A stretch of DNA of 53,659 nt from Ministeria vibrans ATCC 50519 (GCA_943704425.1 CALSCP010001092.1:1-53659); one strand, 5' to 3'. Counted from the stretch's first letter, positions 23,307 to 35,219 are shown. A program made the numbers and translations. The notes: generated from the letters alone by a model not told the origin.

Positions 23307-25640
23307 ATGAGCGACCAGCGACCGCCGGCACGTCTGGGACGTCCAAAGTCTGTTGCGATGGCCACGGTGTCGGCATCCTCCGCAACCGGCTCGAAACCAA
23401 CGGGTGAAATGCAGCTGCAACAGCAACAGCTCGCTGAGGGCATTCCCATGACCAGCCAGGCGCTCCCCGAGATGCTTGACGAGGCACACGAGTATGTCGA
23501 TGACAGCGAAGAGCCCATTGAGGTGTCGTCGCCACGGTCTGTCTCGCCTCTTATTTCCGAAACCAACGAAACGAAAAACGCCGCGACTGCTCCCTCTACC
23601 TCGACTGCCTCTGTCTCTGTCGGCACGAGTGGCACCGGAGATGCGAATGAGAAGAGAAACGCCGAGAAGGCGTCGTCGGAGGCGGGCGGGAGTCGTCCAA
23701 CGTCGTCGTTTTGGGACTGGCTGCCGACTTCACGGCCGTTTAGCAACACTAGCCAGCTTGCCGAGGCGGTTGACGCGGTAGTCGACAGCGTCGACTCGGG
23801 TCAAGTCACTCCCCAGGCAGTGGACGTGGCGCCTATGGCGCTTGCAGCGACGACGGAGGCGCTGGCGTCGATGGCAGATCCCGCAGCGTCTTTCATGCGC
23901 GACCGATTCAGCGCGATGACACAACAGCCGCGACAGTACCACTTGCCGGTGGGAGAAAAGTCGTTGTTTAGCACGCTACAGCTATCACGCTGGGACAACG
24001 TCATGGGTCCCCGTGTCATGGCCGTGTGGCACTGCAAAGAACCCGTCAGCGACGAGCTGCTCAAGTACATTAGTGGACGCGCTCTCAACGGCGAAATTGG
24101 CCGTCCCGAATCGACCGTGATCGAAACGAAATTCTGCGTGCTCACCGACATCCAACAGCTCGTGACGGCATTCACATTTATGGCAAAATCGCGTGCCGGC
24201 ATCAAGGCCGACTCGTGCATCTACTCACTGGCTCTGCTGCTGCCCATGCGCTATCTCAACGACTACCTTCCCTTGCACGAGGTCGTCGAGGATCGCTTCC
24301 TTACCCTCGTCGGCGATCTCCAGCTTCTGCTCCAGAAGCAGTTTGTCACGGCACTCGACGTGTTCACTACGCGTCTGGGGCCAGTCCTGGTCAACCTGGC
24401 CAACCTCAACGAGCCCGTTGCGCGTCTCCCCGAGCACGTCAAGATCAAACTCACCCTCTTTGGACCAGACCACGCCGACCAGGTCGACGAGGCCTTCCTG
24501 GGGCGCGCCTTGTCGTCCCACCTGCAAACTTCGTCTACCGTGGTCGTGGGTTACGACCCGCACCGCGTCAACACGATGATTCTCAGTCTGTCGCTCTTCC
24601 TCAGCGAACAGGAGCGTCGTCGCTCGCGCTTTGCTGGGCTCGAGTGGACGCGCGTTGAACCCGACATGATTCTTCAAGGCATCATCCTTACGCAGCCCAA
24701 CTCCCCTGCAGGTTCCGCTCCTTCTTATGCTGGTGCAACCACAGCCACAAGCACATCAGGCACATCAGGCACAGCCAATCCTTCTGCAGCGTACCAACCG
24801 TACATTGGGACGTACGCCACTTCTACGAGCACCACCAACGCCCCTCTCTTTCCTGACCCCTCCAACCCCACCAACAGCAACAGCAATAGTAACGGTGGCG
24901 CGCAACAGAATGGCTCGCAGCTGCTCGACGAAGATATCATCCGCAATCGTGGACCCGTCACCATTGTCGATGTGTCTGCCAAGGTGGTCTTGCAGACCAA
25001 ACCGTTCAATGAGTACCTTGTGACACGCAATCAGACCTACCTGGACCACACGCGCGAGAAGCTGCTGACTGCTCGAGCAGGAACGAGTGGCAGTGGTGGG
25101 GGTGGGGGTGGCCCTGGTGCAGGTGTGGGTGCTGCAACCATGAACACGACGTACAACAGTCAGAGCAGTTCGGCCGGGCCAACTGGCTCAACTGGTGGTG
25201 GAAATGCAACTGGTGGTGGGGGTGGGGGTGGAAATGGCGGTGGAAATGGTGGTGCGGACGCCGGTGACGGGTGGACTGCCGGCGGAGGAGGTCTGCTGGC
25301 ACCTGCCAAAGATGTGTCGCTGCTGGTGCGTACTCTTGTCGCTGACCTCCAGCGCATTCAGCCCATTTACCTGCGTGAGCAGCACATTGTGCACTTCAAC
25401 ATGCTGCTCACACGCAAGGCTGTTGCCTTTTTGGCCTACGCCGACTCCCATCCGACCCTGCCGCTTCCCGATGCGCTCATCCGGCAGCTACGACACGACC
25501 TGGCCCTCAATGCCGGCGACTTTCGTGTTGTTCTAGCACGCGCTGAGAAACTCCGTCCAGGCGTCTCCTTTGACGTGCTCGGCAATCCTCTTGCCATGCA
25601 GGAGAAGCTTGACTACATGATGATGGGGTTTTCTCTCTGA
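23307..25640 (+). CDS. C9orf72: C9orf72-like longin/DENN protein (intronless, ~777 aa)
   Basis: WDNVMGPRV..VW, LNGEI.R, ETKFCVL, YLPLH.V..DR, FL..ALSSHLQT...VVVG, LSLFL...ERR.S, RKA...L.Y and DL.L...GD..V.LA.AEKLRPG all match C9orf72 family motifs in order. Confidence 0.92.
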   Translation: MSDQRPPARLGRPKSVAMATVSASSATGSKPTGEMQLQQQQLAEGIPMTSQALPEMLDEAHEYVDDSEEPIEVSSPRSVSPLISETNETKNAATAPSTSTASVSVGTSGTGDANEKRNAEKASSEAGGSRPTSSFWDWLPTSRPFSNTSQLAEAVDAVVDSVDSGQVTPQAVDVAPMALAATTEALASMADPAASFMRDRFSAMTQQPRQYHLPVGEKSLFSTLQLSRWDNVMGPRVMAVWHCKEPVSDELLKYISGRALNGEIGRPESTVIETKFCVLTDIQQLVTAFTFMAKSRAGIKADSCIYSLALLLPMRYLNDYLPLHEVVEDRFLTLVGDLQLLLQKQFVTALDVFTTRLGPVLVNLANLNEPVARLPEHVKIKLTLFGPDHADQVDEAFLGRALSSHLQTSSTVVVGYDPHRVNTMILSLSLFLSEQERRRSRFAGLEWTRVEPDMILQGIILTQPNSPAGSAPSYAGATTATSTSGTSGTANPSAAYQPYIGTYATSTSTTNAPLFPDPSNPTNSNSNSNGGAQQNGSQLLDEDIIRNRGPVTIVDVSAKVVLQTKPFNEYLVTRNQTYLDHTREKLLTARAGTSGSGGGGGGPGAGVGAATMNTTYNSQSSSAGPTGSTGGGNATGGGGGGGNGGGNGGADAGDGWTAGGGGLLAPAKDVSLLVRTLVADLQRIQPIYLREQHIVHFNMLLTRKAVAFLAYADSHPTLPLPDALIRQLRHDLALNAGDFRVVLARAEKLRPGVSFDVLGNPLAMQEKLDYMMMGFSL

Positions 25641-26041
25641 GAGACTCTCTGTAAAAAAAAAAACAATAAATTATAATAATAATTTTACTATAAGAATTAT
25701 TAATGTCAGAACTGATAGCCTCATACACATAAAACCTTAAAAAGTACGTTCATCAGTAAAAAATAAACTGTCTGTCGTTTGTTCACAATTTATTGTGCCA
25801 CTTGTCTGGCCACCAGCCGACCTGTTTCCGCTCCCTTTCAGTGCTTCTGTCGCTTAGAAAGTGAATCAGCTGTTTGTGTTGTCGATTTTCGTTTCTGATC
25901 GATAATGAAAATAATATTATTATTATTATTATTTTTGTTATCTTTAGAGCAGTGAGAAGTTCCTTCAAATTTCAAAATTGTCACCTTCTTTTTGAGAAGA
26001 GATACATCTCTCGCCCACATTGCTGCACAGACGCTCGGTAG

Positions 26042-26390
26042 ATGGTTGTGGCGCGCCTGCCGGCCTTTCCGCCGCTGAGCCTGCTTACCGATGTGCCCGT
26101 CTTCTTTCGCGCTCCTGCCGTCTTCCTGCTCTTCGTCTTGCTCTGGGGCGTGAACACCATTGTGCTACGGTCGCGTGGCATCCACTACGCGCAGCTGCTG
26201 GCGCTGCCGACAGACGTGGGTGCGATATCGGGCAAGCGGATCGTGCAGACGGTCCTGCTGCTCTACGCCCTTCTCGCCGCCTTCTTCTACCTCTACGCCG
26301 AGTCGCAGGCCTCGCACACCATCAACCCCGACCTCATCCCCTCTCTCTACTACATCGGCATGTCGCTAGTGCTTCTCTGGCCTGGATCGC
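26042..26390 (+). CDS. EXS-family (ERD1/XPR1/SYG1-like) N-terminal exon; remainder not found
   Basis: P.FFRAP..F...LLWGVNTIVLRSRGIHY..LL followed by hydrophobic helices, resembling the start of an EXS domain. A GTAAG donor at 26391 has no identifiable downstream EXS exons. Confidence 0.6.
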
Positions 26391-26920
26391 GTAAGGAAAC
26401 GAATCACACACATACAAAAAAAAAAAAAAAAAAAAAAAACTCTGAAAGTGCGATCGCTGCAACGAGCGTATGAACGACCAGCTCCAGCTGGCAATTTGTC
26501 TCAAACAGCGGACAGACGCGTGAGGCAAAGGCAGTGGCGAGCGTGTGTGACACTTTTTTGTGAAAAATAATGTGGACACGCGCGTGACATTGATTGACGT
26601 GTTGCTGCGTGCATCTCATTCCGGCAAATGGCTCACGTGGGATGCAGAGAAGAAAAACAAAGCTTACCTCTTCGATGTAGGTGGGCAAAAAAAATGATTA
26701 AAAATAAAAAATTAAATAAAAATTAATAATGGTTAATCACTGTTAATGAATTAAAAAATATAATTATTTTTCCACGGATTTTCCATCTTTTTTGTATTTA
26801 TTCGAGATTTATACTGGGAATAAAAAACTCCATAGAAACTCGTCGAGAGGTCGAGTGCGACAAGCAGCACACACACACACACACACACAAATAAAACTTA
26901 GCACAAATCGCGGCGACTTA

Positions 26921-29370
26921 TCAAAATTCAACCACGTCCACCGTAGCATGGACCCTTCCAAGGTCCCTGAGCTTTCCCCACACAAGAACGTCAGAGTCAA
27001 AGTGCTAAGCATGGTCATAAAAAATAATAATAATATTAATAACAATAAAGAGAGGAATGTTTAAACGTACAATGTGGTTGCGCATGAAAAGGAAGTTACG
27101 ATCCTGGTCGCTAAGCTCGTGGAAGACACTGGAGGCAGCCAAAAAAAGGTCCTTAAAGGTTGTTTGCCGATTGACCGCGATCGTTTTCGATACGCTTCTG
27201 TATCGAACGGTGATTAGGTCCACCTCACCTGCCCCCATGGATAAAAATAATAGTAATAATAATCATAATAGTGACTACGTCGTCTTCTTTTTGTTCAAAA
27301 ATAGATATATTTTACCTTCGAGACCACGGGGAACAACGTCAACTTGGGCAACAGCCTCGCGAGCGTCTCGGAGACGTTTCTCTTCGGCATGCGTCTGTGC
27401 GCTGAGATACGCCACGCGTCTCTGCAACTCATCCACAGTGTTGCGGAGAACATTCTCTTCGTCGCGCAACTTCGGAAGGTTGTCGTTGTACTTGGTTTCC
27501 TCCTCAATGCGGTCAATAATCATTTGAGCCACCTCACGTTCGTGGTCCTCCAGCTTTTCGATGCGTGCGACAGTTTGCCTCTCCAAAGACAACAGCGTTT
27601 CCTTCTGCTCTTGCTGACTTGCAAGTGACTTCTCCGACTCCGCTAGCTGAACCTGCAGTCGCTTTGTGGACGCCAGCATCTCGGCCTGCTTCCGCTCCTC
27701 CTCCTGTGCCTCTAGCTCGTAGTTTTGCTTGAGCGCACTGAGCTCAGCGCGCGCCTCCTCAATTTTTCCCTGAAGCTCCTCCAGCACCTTCTCCGACACG
27801 TCTGGCACGAGATTCAGTTCTTGCGCCACTTCTTCGTTCACTTGGTGGACGTCGTCGGTCTGGGTCTGGGTCTGCTGGACGCTGTCGGCCTGCTGAACTT
27901 CCTCCGGCTGTTGCAGGTTGCTCCCGTCGTTCTCCTGGGGATCATTTTGGACAATCGCCGCTGCTGTTGTAGCCTCTTCAGCCTCCGCTGCCACGACATT
28001 CTCCGCCTCTAGCTGGCTCGATTCCGACGACAATACGTCGATGATCATGCCCTCAGGAGAGTCCACAATGTTTACATTGGCCACTGGGGCGTCTTCTTGT
28101 TCCGGCACGGCGTTCTCGGATGGCTTACTGGAATCTGGTGCTTTTGCGGTGACTGCCTTCGCGTCAGTGGTGGCAGGAACTTTGGCAGCGTTGGGCGGTG
28201 CATCTGCAGGCGTAACGTTCCACTCCTCCAAGAGAAATTGATACATCGTTTGTGGTGGCGCCTCGGGCAGACTTGGCGCACCCTGGTCCATCTCCGCCTC
28301 GAGCACCAGCATGACTTTTTTCAGTGTCATGCCGACGTCGGCGCGGAAGAGCGTACTCTTGTCAAACGACACAAATGCCTCTGCGTAAGCCAAGGGGGTC
28401 TGTTAGGACGTAACGGGGGAGGGGGGTGGAAAAAATAATTATTGGAAAACGTACGGGCAATTGTGGCGTGGGGATCGACGGAGACCGAGCACACCGTGAC
28501 GTGTTCGGTGGTCGCAATTGGCTTGAAGACCATCGCCATTAAATTGCCGAGCATGGGTACATTCTGCGGCATGACCTCTGTCTCGACCACAAGAAGAACC
28601 CTTGACGAGCGCATTGGGGTGGAGTGGAGGTGACGCAGGTCGCCGGCGTTTGTCCAAACAAAGGTTTGAGGGATGTCCACGACGGAGACAGAAGTGGGAA
28701 CACCTTGGTCATCGTCGTGTCGCTCACACACCACCGTGGGACGGATGACTGTCTGCAGCACACCCTTGCCGTGAAAATTAAGCCCCGCAACCGCATTGAG
28801 GTCGTTGGTGCCGCGGACACGCCACACCGCAGGCGCCAGATAGAGCGTTGTGCTGCGCTCGACGGTGCGCAACACCAACCCGTGGCTTGTGGGGCGTTTG
28901 ATAGGTCCCGTTATCACCATGTTGGGAAGTTTCACTGCCAAAAGTGAGAATTGTGTGAGAAATAATGAAAGGAAAGAGAAAAAAAAAAAAGAGAAAAAAA
29001 TAAAAGAGAAAAGAGGAAAAAAAAAGTCGCAGAAGCGGTCCGCGCCGTCAAAATTCAATACATAGAAGATAAAACACCATGGTAGCACGCATGGTGCCCG
29101 AAAGAATGGCTAAAGCAATCGGCGCTCTTTTTTTTTTTTTCTCAAACTTGAATTTTTCTTACGTCGGATACGAACACTGTCGCTTTCGGCCGAGGTGACG
29201 GGCTGAACCGACTCAATACGGGCGTGGGGAAGAGGTCGACTGCCATTCATCGTGTCGAAGGCACAAATGCTGACGGCTGTTCGCAGGAACATGTCGACAT
29301 TGTGCTCGCCTGCCCACTGGGGCAGTCCGTGGCTGTGCACCAGTTCCGTGCACGAAGGTATGCCTGCCAT
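26921..29370 (-). CDS. Orphan protein (~664 aa): beta-rich N-terminus, acidic linker, coiled coil, possible C-terminal ubiquitin-like fold
   Basis: Phase-consistent model with exons 29370-29163, 28934-28455, 28380-27316, 27228-27071, 27004-26921. E/Q/K-rich heptads at ~27350-27800. Ends ITVRYRSVSKTIAVNRQTTFKDLF...KLRDLGRVHATVDVVEF*. Confidence 0.6.
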
Positions 29371-29709
29371 TGAGATGCAAAAAAGAATATGATTATTAAT
29401 ATCTATAGCTGTTTATTTTAATCATGGGTTGAGTTTGTGAAAAGTTGTTGACATAAATTGATTTCAATTTTTTCCCCCCTGAGGTTGTTAATTCTAGAAT
29501 TGTTAGGAACAATTGGAGCGTGCACGTGTCTGTCAAAGTGAGATATCCCAAACGGCAAAACCACCATAATATTATATATTAGAGTCATTGCACACGTAGA
29601 GAATGACGAATGTAGACAGAAGATTGTATACGATATTTTTAATTTTTACTATTAATAAATTTTTCGTCCTTGTGTATTTAATAATAATAATAATTATATT
29701 TTTTAAAAA

Positions 29710-30121
29710 TTAATTTTGGTTTCCTGATTGATGCATCAGGCGCAAATGCTTGATAGCTACCGTAAGAGCCTGCCAGGATGGATTGATGGGTTTGGTGCAA
29801 ACGAGGGTCTGGAGGAGCGTGCCGTCTCCAGGACAAATGACGGTGTTGCCATGGGACGAGTAAGCACCAAGGCAGCCAGGCACGGCGCCTCGGCAGAGTC
29901 GTCCAATAATGGTATTCATCTCGTCAAGGTAGGTTGCGGCGGCGTCCGAGTTCCACGGTGTGATGCGACCGCTGACGGTCAAAGTCCTTTCCTTTGGAAT
30001 GACTGTGTACTTTTCAACGCAAAGGACCCGTTTTGATTGCTGCTCTCCCGTGTCCGGATTGCACTGGTTCTTGTACAACTGGAAAAGATGGCATAATGGG
30101 AAGGAAAATAATAAAAATAAT

Positions 30122-30165
<44 letters not shown>

Positions 30166-31743
30166 TAATAATAATAAAAGAATTATTATAGTTCTTACGT
30201 AGTAGACGGGCCTGTCTTGACTCATCGACTGAAGTACGATAAACACATCGTCGGAGAAGTTGAGGGAGTTTGGTTGGAAGACAATGGGGTTGGTTGGGGT
30301 GACAATGAGGTCGCACACGTGCTTAAACGGCATGTTGTCAATGTTGACCACGGTTGCGTTGGCGTCGAGAAAGGAGACAACCATGTGTAGGTCGCGGCTG
30401 TTGCGATCGTTGCGGTGTTGGTAGAGAAGCGTCAGACAACCGTTGGTCTGCGACCCTACTTCGCTCGAGAGGTCGCAGTGGATTCGTATGCGCTCCCCAT
30501 AGACGGTTTTCATCTTCTCAGGCGGAAAAATCAGTTTCCTGAAGATGCGAGCAGCCGATGGTTCTTCGTGGTACGTGTCCTGGATGTCCGTGTTGTCAGA
30601 CTCGTGCAAAGTCTCAGCTGGCAGCTTGCCTTCTGAGGGGTCCTTGGCCTTCGTATCGGCATCCTTGGTCTCCGTATCGGCGTCCTTGGCCTCCATATCG
30701 GTATCCTTGATCTGCGTGTCGGTGTTCTTGACCTGCGTGTCGGTGTTCTTGACCTGCGTGTCGGTGTCCTTGATCTGCGTGTCGGTGTTCTTGACCTGCG
30801 TGTCGGTGTTCTTGACCTGCGTGTCGGTGTCCTTGACCTGCATGTTGGTGTTCTTGACCTGCGTGTTGGTGTCCTTGACCTGCGTGTTGGTGTTCTTGAC
30901 CTGCGTGTGGGTGTCCTTGGCGTGCGTGTTCGTGTTACTGACTTGCGTTGTCAGTTGGGTAAACACATCGCGGGCCGACTTGATAGTTGACACCCCGGCA
31001 GTTGACGTTGTCGGCGTGGGGTGATCCGAAGTGGCAGGTGCGTTGTCGCTTACACGCGGCGTCTTGTTGGTGTTCATGGCAACTGGCACAGGCGTAGCTA
31101 GAGGAGCGGCCTTAGCTGTAGTTGATGGGTCGGCGGCTTTCTTCGAACGTGTGGTCATACCCAGAGCGCCTGCCAGAGAAGTCAGTGCCGTCTTCGGTTT
31201 TGATGTGGCTTTCATCCGTTGCCTTCTAAGAGTAGTAAACAAAAAATAGCATAGCGTCCAGGCACCAATGTGCCAGTCAGGGGCGTCAGCGTATAAAATC
31301 AGACAGTGCTTACTCGGCGAGGCCATCAACGGTGAATCCTGCAGGCTTGCTCGGTACATGCAAGCCATCGGAGGTGTCCTTTTTGAAATGTGTATCCAGC
31401 ACCTCAACCACATCGTTCGCTTGGACATTCTGATGCCTAAGAGAACACAGCGCAACTGAGCACACGCGTTATTTTTATGCGACTCTTTTCACTTCTCTTG
31501 TGTTTGCACGGAGCGCAAAGCGTGAAAAACTACCCCCTCATAGTCTTCCTGTCTCTGCTGTAGCACAGCTTTGATGCTTTCTTCGATTCTACAACGCGAG
31601 CAGTTGTCACGGTCGTGGTGAGCGGAGTGAGAGCGCAAAAAAAAAAAGAAAAAAAAACAAAAAACAAACAAAAAGACATACGCTCTTGTCTCCTGCGCCA
31701 TCCTCTCGCGCTGTTGATGACGCATAACTAACATTTCATCCAT
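29710..31743 (-). CDS. Orphan protein (~558 aa) with a Thr-rich 7-aa repeat and a globular C-terminal domain
   Basis: Phase-consistent model with exons 31743-31682, 31588-31493, 31436-31314, 31225-30199, 30078-29710 (1,677 nt). Confidence 0.6.
30642..30950. repeat. 21-bp coding minisatellite (~14 degenerate units; [VI]K[DN]T[DN]TQ)
   Basis: Unit approx. TTGACCTGCGTGTCGGTGT[TC]C in tandem. Confidence 0.93.
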
Positions 31744-32307
31744 TTCTAATCTGGTACCATTCCAGAGTTTAGCGTTAAACAAACGAGTGACACAATTTTT
31801 TTCTCTTTACTCTTCAAAAGTTGATATCACACAGAGAGGGTTCAGAGAGGGTAGGCCAAGCAACTGTTCAGCGTCTAGCAGTCCCACAGTCAATTAGGAA
31901 TGATTAAAAAAGTGGATCTCCACGCTTGACAGTGATGACACGGACTTGACACTCCCAAAGGGTAAAAAAAAGTTCGTTAACGGACGCAAAAAATTAAAAA
32001 ACGAAACTCTGGCTCGCTTATTTCAGAAAAAGCTCTCCGCCCATGCCGCGACCCCCGGCTTTGCGGAGATATAAAGAGAGGATACATGTTTGCCCAATGC
32101 GTCTGTTTCTATATCAGTGGGCGAACTGGCTGTCGTTTGGATGACTTTGACTTTTGTTGTGACGAAGTTGTGACGCATTTGACAGTGAGTGAGCAGAGTT
32201 TGATTGTGAAATTGTAAATTTGTAGTAATGATTATTAATTTTGCTTTCTTGTAGCTCTATTGAGATTATAGTGGTTGCACTGGCTATTGCGCGAGAAGCA
32301 CCGCGCC

Positions 32308-32805
32308 ATGGCGGATGAATTAATGCAGGATCGCCTGCGCTATCGCATGAGGCAAAACGAAGCAGCGCGTCAGAAAGAGGCAAACCAGACAGAAGAGTGG
32401 GCTCCTTCGCAGACAAGCACACTTGTCAACGCCACAAGGTTGCCTCCTGACAACGCTCAGAAGCATGTGGTGGGAGACAAAACTGTGACAACAAGCAGGA
32501 CAAACGTCGCGGATGAAAACGACAGAAATCAACAATCTCCAACCCTCCCCAGTTCTTTCACAGCGGTCGATATACAGCCGTCATCTTTGAACATGGCAAA
32601 GAGCGCATCACCCGCTGTAGCGAAGGGTCATGGGCAGCACACGGTTGGCACTACTGCGACTGCGCCGCGCACGTTCAAGGTTGATGTGGACGCATTATGC
32701 AACGAAGAAGCGGACTCAAACTCGGAAAGCAGCGACCGACGCACTAATAGTCCGTCGAGATCAGCCAAAAAGAAGAGCTTTTGGGGGGGCTGTTGTATTT
32801 TGTAA
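32308..32805 (+). CDS. Small disordered protein with polybasic tail and CaaX box (KKKSFWGGCCIL*)
   Basis: GC-rich ORF in AT-rich flanks; terminal CCIL prenylation motif; AATAAA at ~32883. Confidence 0.7.
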   Translation: MADELMQDRLRYRMRQNEAARQKEANQTEEWAPSQTSTLVNATRLPPDNAQKHVVGDKTVTTSRTNVADENDRNQQSPTLPSSFTAVDIQPSSLNMAKSASPAVAKGHGQHTVGTTATAPRTFKVDVDALCNEEADSNSESSDRRTNSPSRSAKKKSFWGGCCIL

Positions 32806-33051
32806 ACGCAAAAGTCCAAAGCAAGGGAGAGGGCATCTCCCCCCTTTCTCCTTGGTGGCAATTGGGCGATCAGTGCAGGAAGAATAAAAATTTATTATAA
32901 TAATTATTCAGATTCACAGACTTTTATTAGTTCTTTCAACGGTACAAGCTTCACACGACGCGTCCTTACATTACCATACAATACAATACCCTTTAAAAGT
33001 TGAGGTTGAGATTAAATAATTAGTGCGTTTGTAGGAGAAGAGAGTGGAAAA

Positions 33052-33312
33052 ATGTCAACTGAAGTTATGACTGAGCGAACTCGCTTGAGACAACAGCTGC
33101 ACAATGAAAAGAGGCTGGCGGAGTTGCAAGCGGAGCAAGGCAAACAGGCCGCCAACAAAAGAGAGGAAGGACCGGGCTGCAACGACAGGGCTTGCGACGA
33201 GTGTAGCCGAGACATTTGTATTTGTCTTCCTGATTTTGTGTGGAATTTATTCGCCTCTCTTTGCTGCTGCTGCATCTGCCGGAAGAGAGATTCGAATTCG
33301 CCACCGTTTTGA
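33052..33312 (+). CDS. 86-aa protein with a Cys-rich hydrophobic C-terminus (CYSTM/palmitoylation-like)
   Basis: Charged N-terminal helix, then C..CICLPDFVWNLFASLCCCCIC. Confidence 0.55.
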   Translation: MSTEVMTERTRLRQQLHNEKRLAELQAEQGKQAANKREEGPGCNDRACDECSRDICICLPDFVWNLFASLCCCCICRKRDSNSPPF

Positions 33313-33722
33313 GAAAATATAGCAACACGATAAAATGAATGAGAGCCAGATTGTGTTTGTGCGTCTTTGTGTGTGTGAGGAGAAGGAACGATCGATGAAA
33401 GGAACAAAAATCGTTCAGACTTGCATTCATTCGGGGGCCAAATATTTGATTATTGATAATAATTATTATCATTATACAGAGTGCAGATGTGAGATGCCTC
33501 ATATGACATATAACATATTAGACTTGCCAGTACTAGTGTCGAGTGGAACCGGAGAAATTAGTTGCAAAGTGAAATGTCAATCAGTGCCCTCGGGTGTCCA
33601 AATTCCAAAACGAACATAAAAGTTAAAACAATAAAAACATTATTTTTTCAACGTAAACTTGCAGATTTGAGCAAACTGATTGTAACGCTTCACGCCTAAG
33701 CAGTGAACGGGTCCTATTTGTT

Positions 33723-34223
33723 ATGGAAGAAATAATTATTGAGCGCGCAAGAATTCATTCCGAACGACGGAAAAATGAAGGAGAGTCTACTGCGCCTGCC
33801 TCGTCGGAAGACAGCCCGACGGTCGAATTCGAACCCGAGACAGAGTCAACCCATTCGCCTTATATGATGCTTGCATCCGTTGGTAGTCATCTTCTCAGTT
33901 GTCTACCAGAGCGCGAGACGGTAGTGAACACCGTCACGTCAGTCGTGTGGTCGGCGGCCACGCGTATCCCCATTTTCCGAAGTGCGACGCCGTCGTCCAT
34001 GGATGCTGCGGCTCCGCCCGGCGATGGCTTGAGTACTCGCGGACGTGAACGGCAAACGTTTTTTAATATCGACCAGAGTGAACTGGATGAGAATGTCGAA
34101 GAGTTGGACGCAAATCAGTTTGAACACGATGATTATGATTCGCTCACTGAATCTGGCCAAGGTGTCATCGTTCACTACCCACCATCTACTACGACGCGTG
34201 CTGAAGCGTTCCCACACAAATGA
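33723..34223 (+). CDS. 166-aa orphan acidic protein
   Basis: ATG-initiated GC-rich ORF in AT-rich flanks; N-terminus resembles the two preceding small ORFs. Confidence 0.55.
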   Translation: MEEIIIERARIHSERRKNEGESTAPASSEDSPTVEFEPETESTHSPYMMLASVGSHLLSCLPERETVVNTVTSVVWSAATRIPIFRSATPSSMDAAAPPGDGLSTRGRERQTFFNIDQSELDENVEELDANQFEHDDYDSLTESGQGVIVHYPPSTTTRAEAFPHK

Positions 34224-35219
34224 ACCGGAAATGAAATTGTAACATATTTTTGTCAAAGTGTACATTATAACTTAGAAGTGTCAGTAATTCAGTATCGAGC
34301 TATCGGAGAATTTGAAGTAGGCGCCGACTCGATCACCGCCGAGGTCGTCTTCAGCTAAAAACGAACAAACAATACTCTTTATATGGTTATCAGTTCTCCA
34401 TCAGTTCGTTATTCACTAATCAATTAAACTCAATAATTCAACTCATTTTTTTTTCCTGTGTTGAAGACTGATTCTTTTCAGGTATGCCATATGGCTGCTT
34501 TGAGCTTTTGACCGTCGCAACAAATCATGTGTGTGTGTGTGTGTGTGTGAAGGATAGTAGTTTTGTGGGCTTGTGAAAAGAATGTGAAAACGCCCAGTGG
34601 ACAAAACCCTCATATTCTCTTCTCCCTTGAGCGGATCCTTGCAGCCTGCCCCTGTTCTTTGTACGCGCATTTGTTTCTCGGCCTTAGTTGAACATCAGTT
34701 GACAATTTCAGTTCGTGGCCGTAAATTTTTTTTCTTCTTTTTTTTTCTGTCTCGCTCTCTTCAACAAAGCAAGAACAATACGTGTGACACCGCCTCCCAA
34801 CCGTCACCAATCTCTCCATACACTCATTACACGGCCGTGGCATTGACGCCCTGCTCGTCGGACAGCCGGAGAATCCTCCTATCCCCTGCTTGGTTTTTCC
34901 TTCTTTTTTCCCACATGATTGTTTTTTTTTTTCGTTCGCCTATTTTCATAAATCCTCTCATTTTGCTCAAAAACTTCCCGGTTATGACGAAAACGCTTTG
35001 TAAGCAAGGATGTTTTTATTCTGTAGCGGCGGTTCGGCCGACTACAAATGAGATTTTTTTTTTTTTTTTCGTTTTTTTCGACTTTGATTGAAAAAAGGAA
35101 ATCAATTTTTTTTCTCACATTTTTCCCAGCAGTTTTTGCGGAGGGAGGAGCACTTAAACACACAAATACGCAGTCAATTGAACCATGATGTCCAATGTCA
35201 TATTTGTAGGAAGGAGAAA

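Noticed and set aside
25090-25250. G-rich runs in the C9orf72 homolog as an analog of the human GGGGCC repeat
   Set aside because: They are glycine codons in a coding insert, unrelated to the human intronic repeat.
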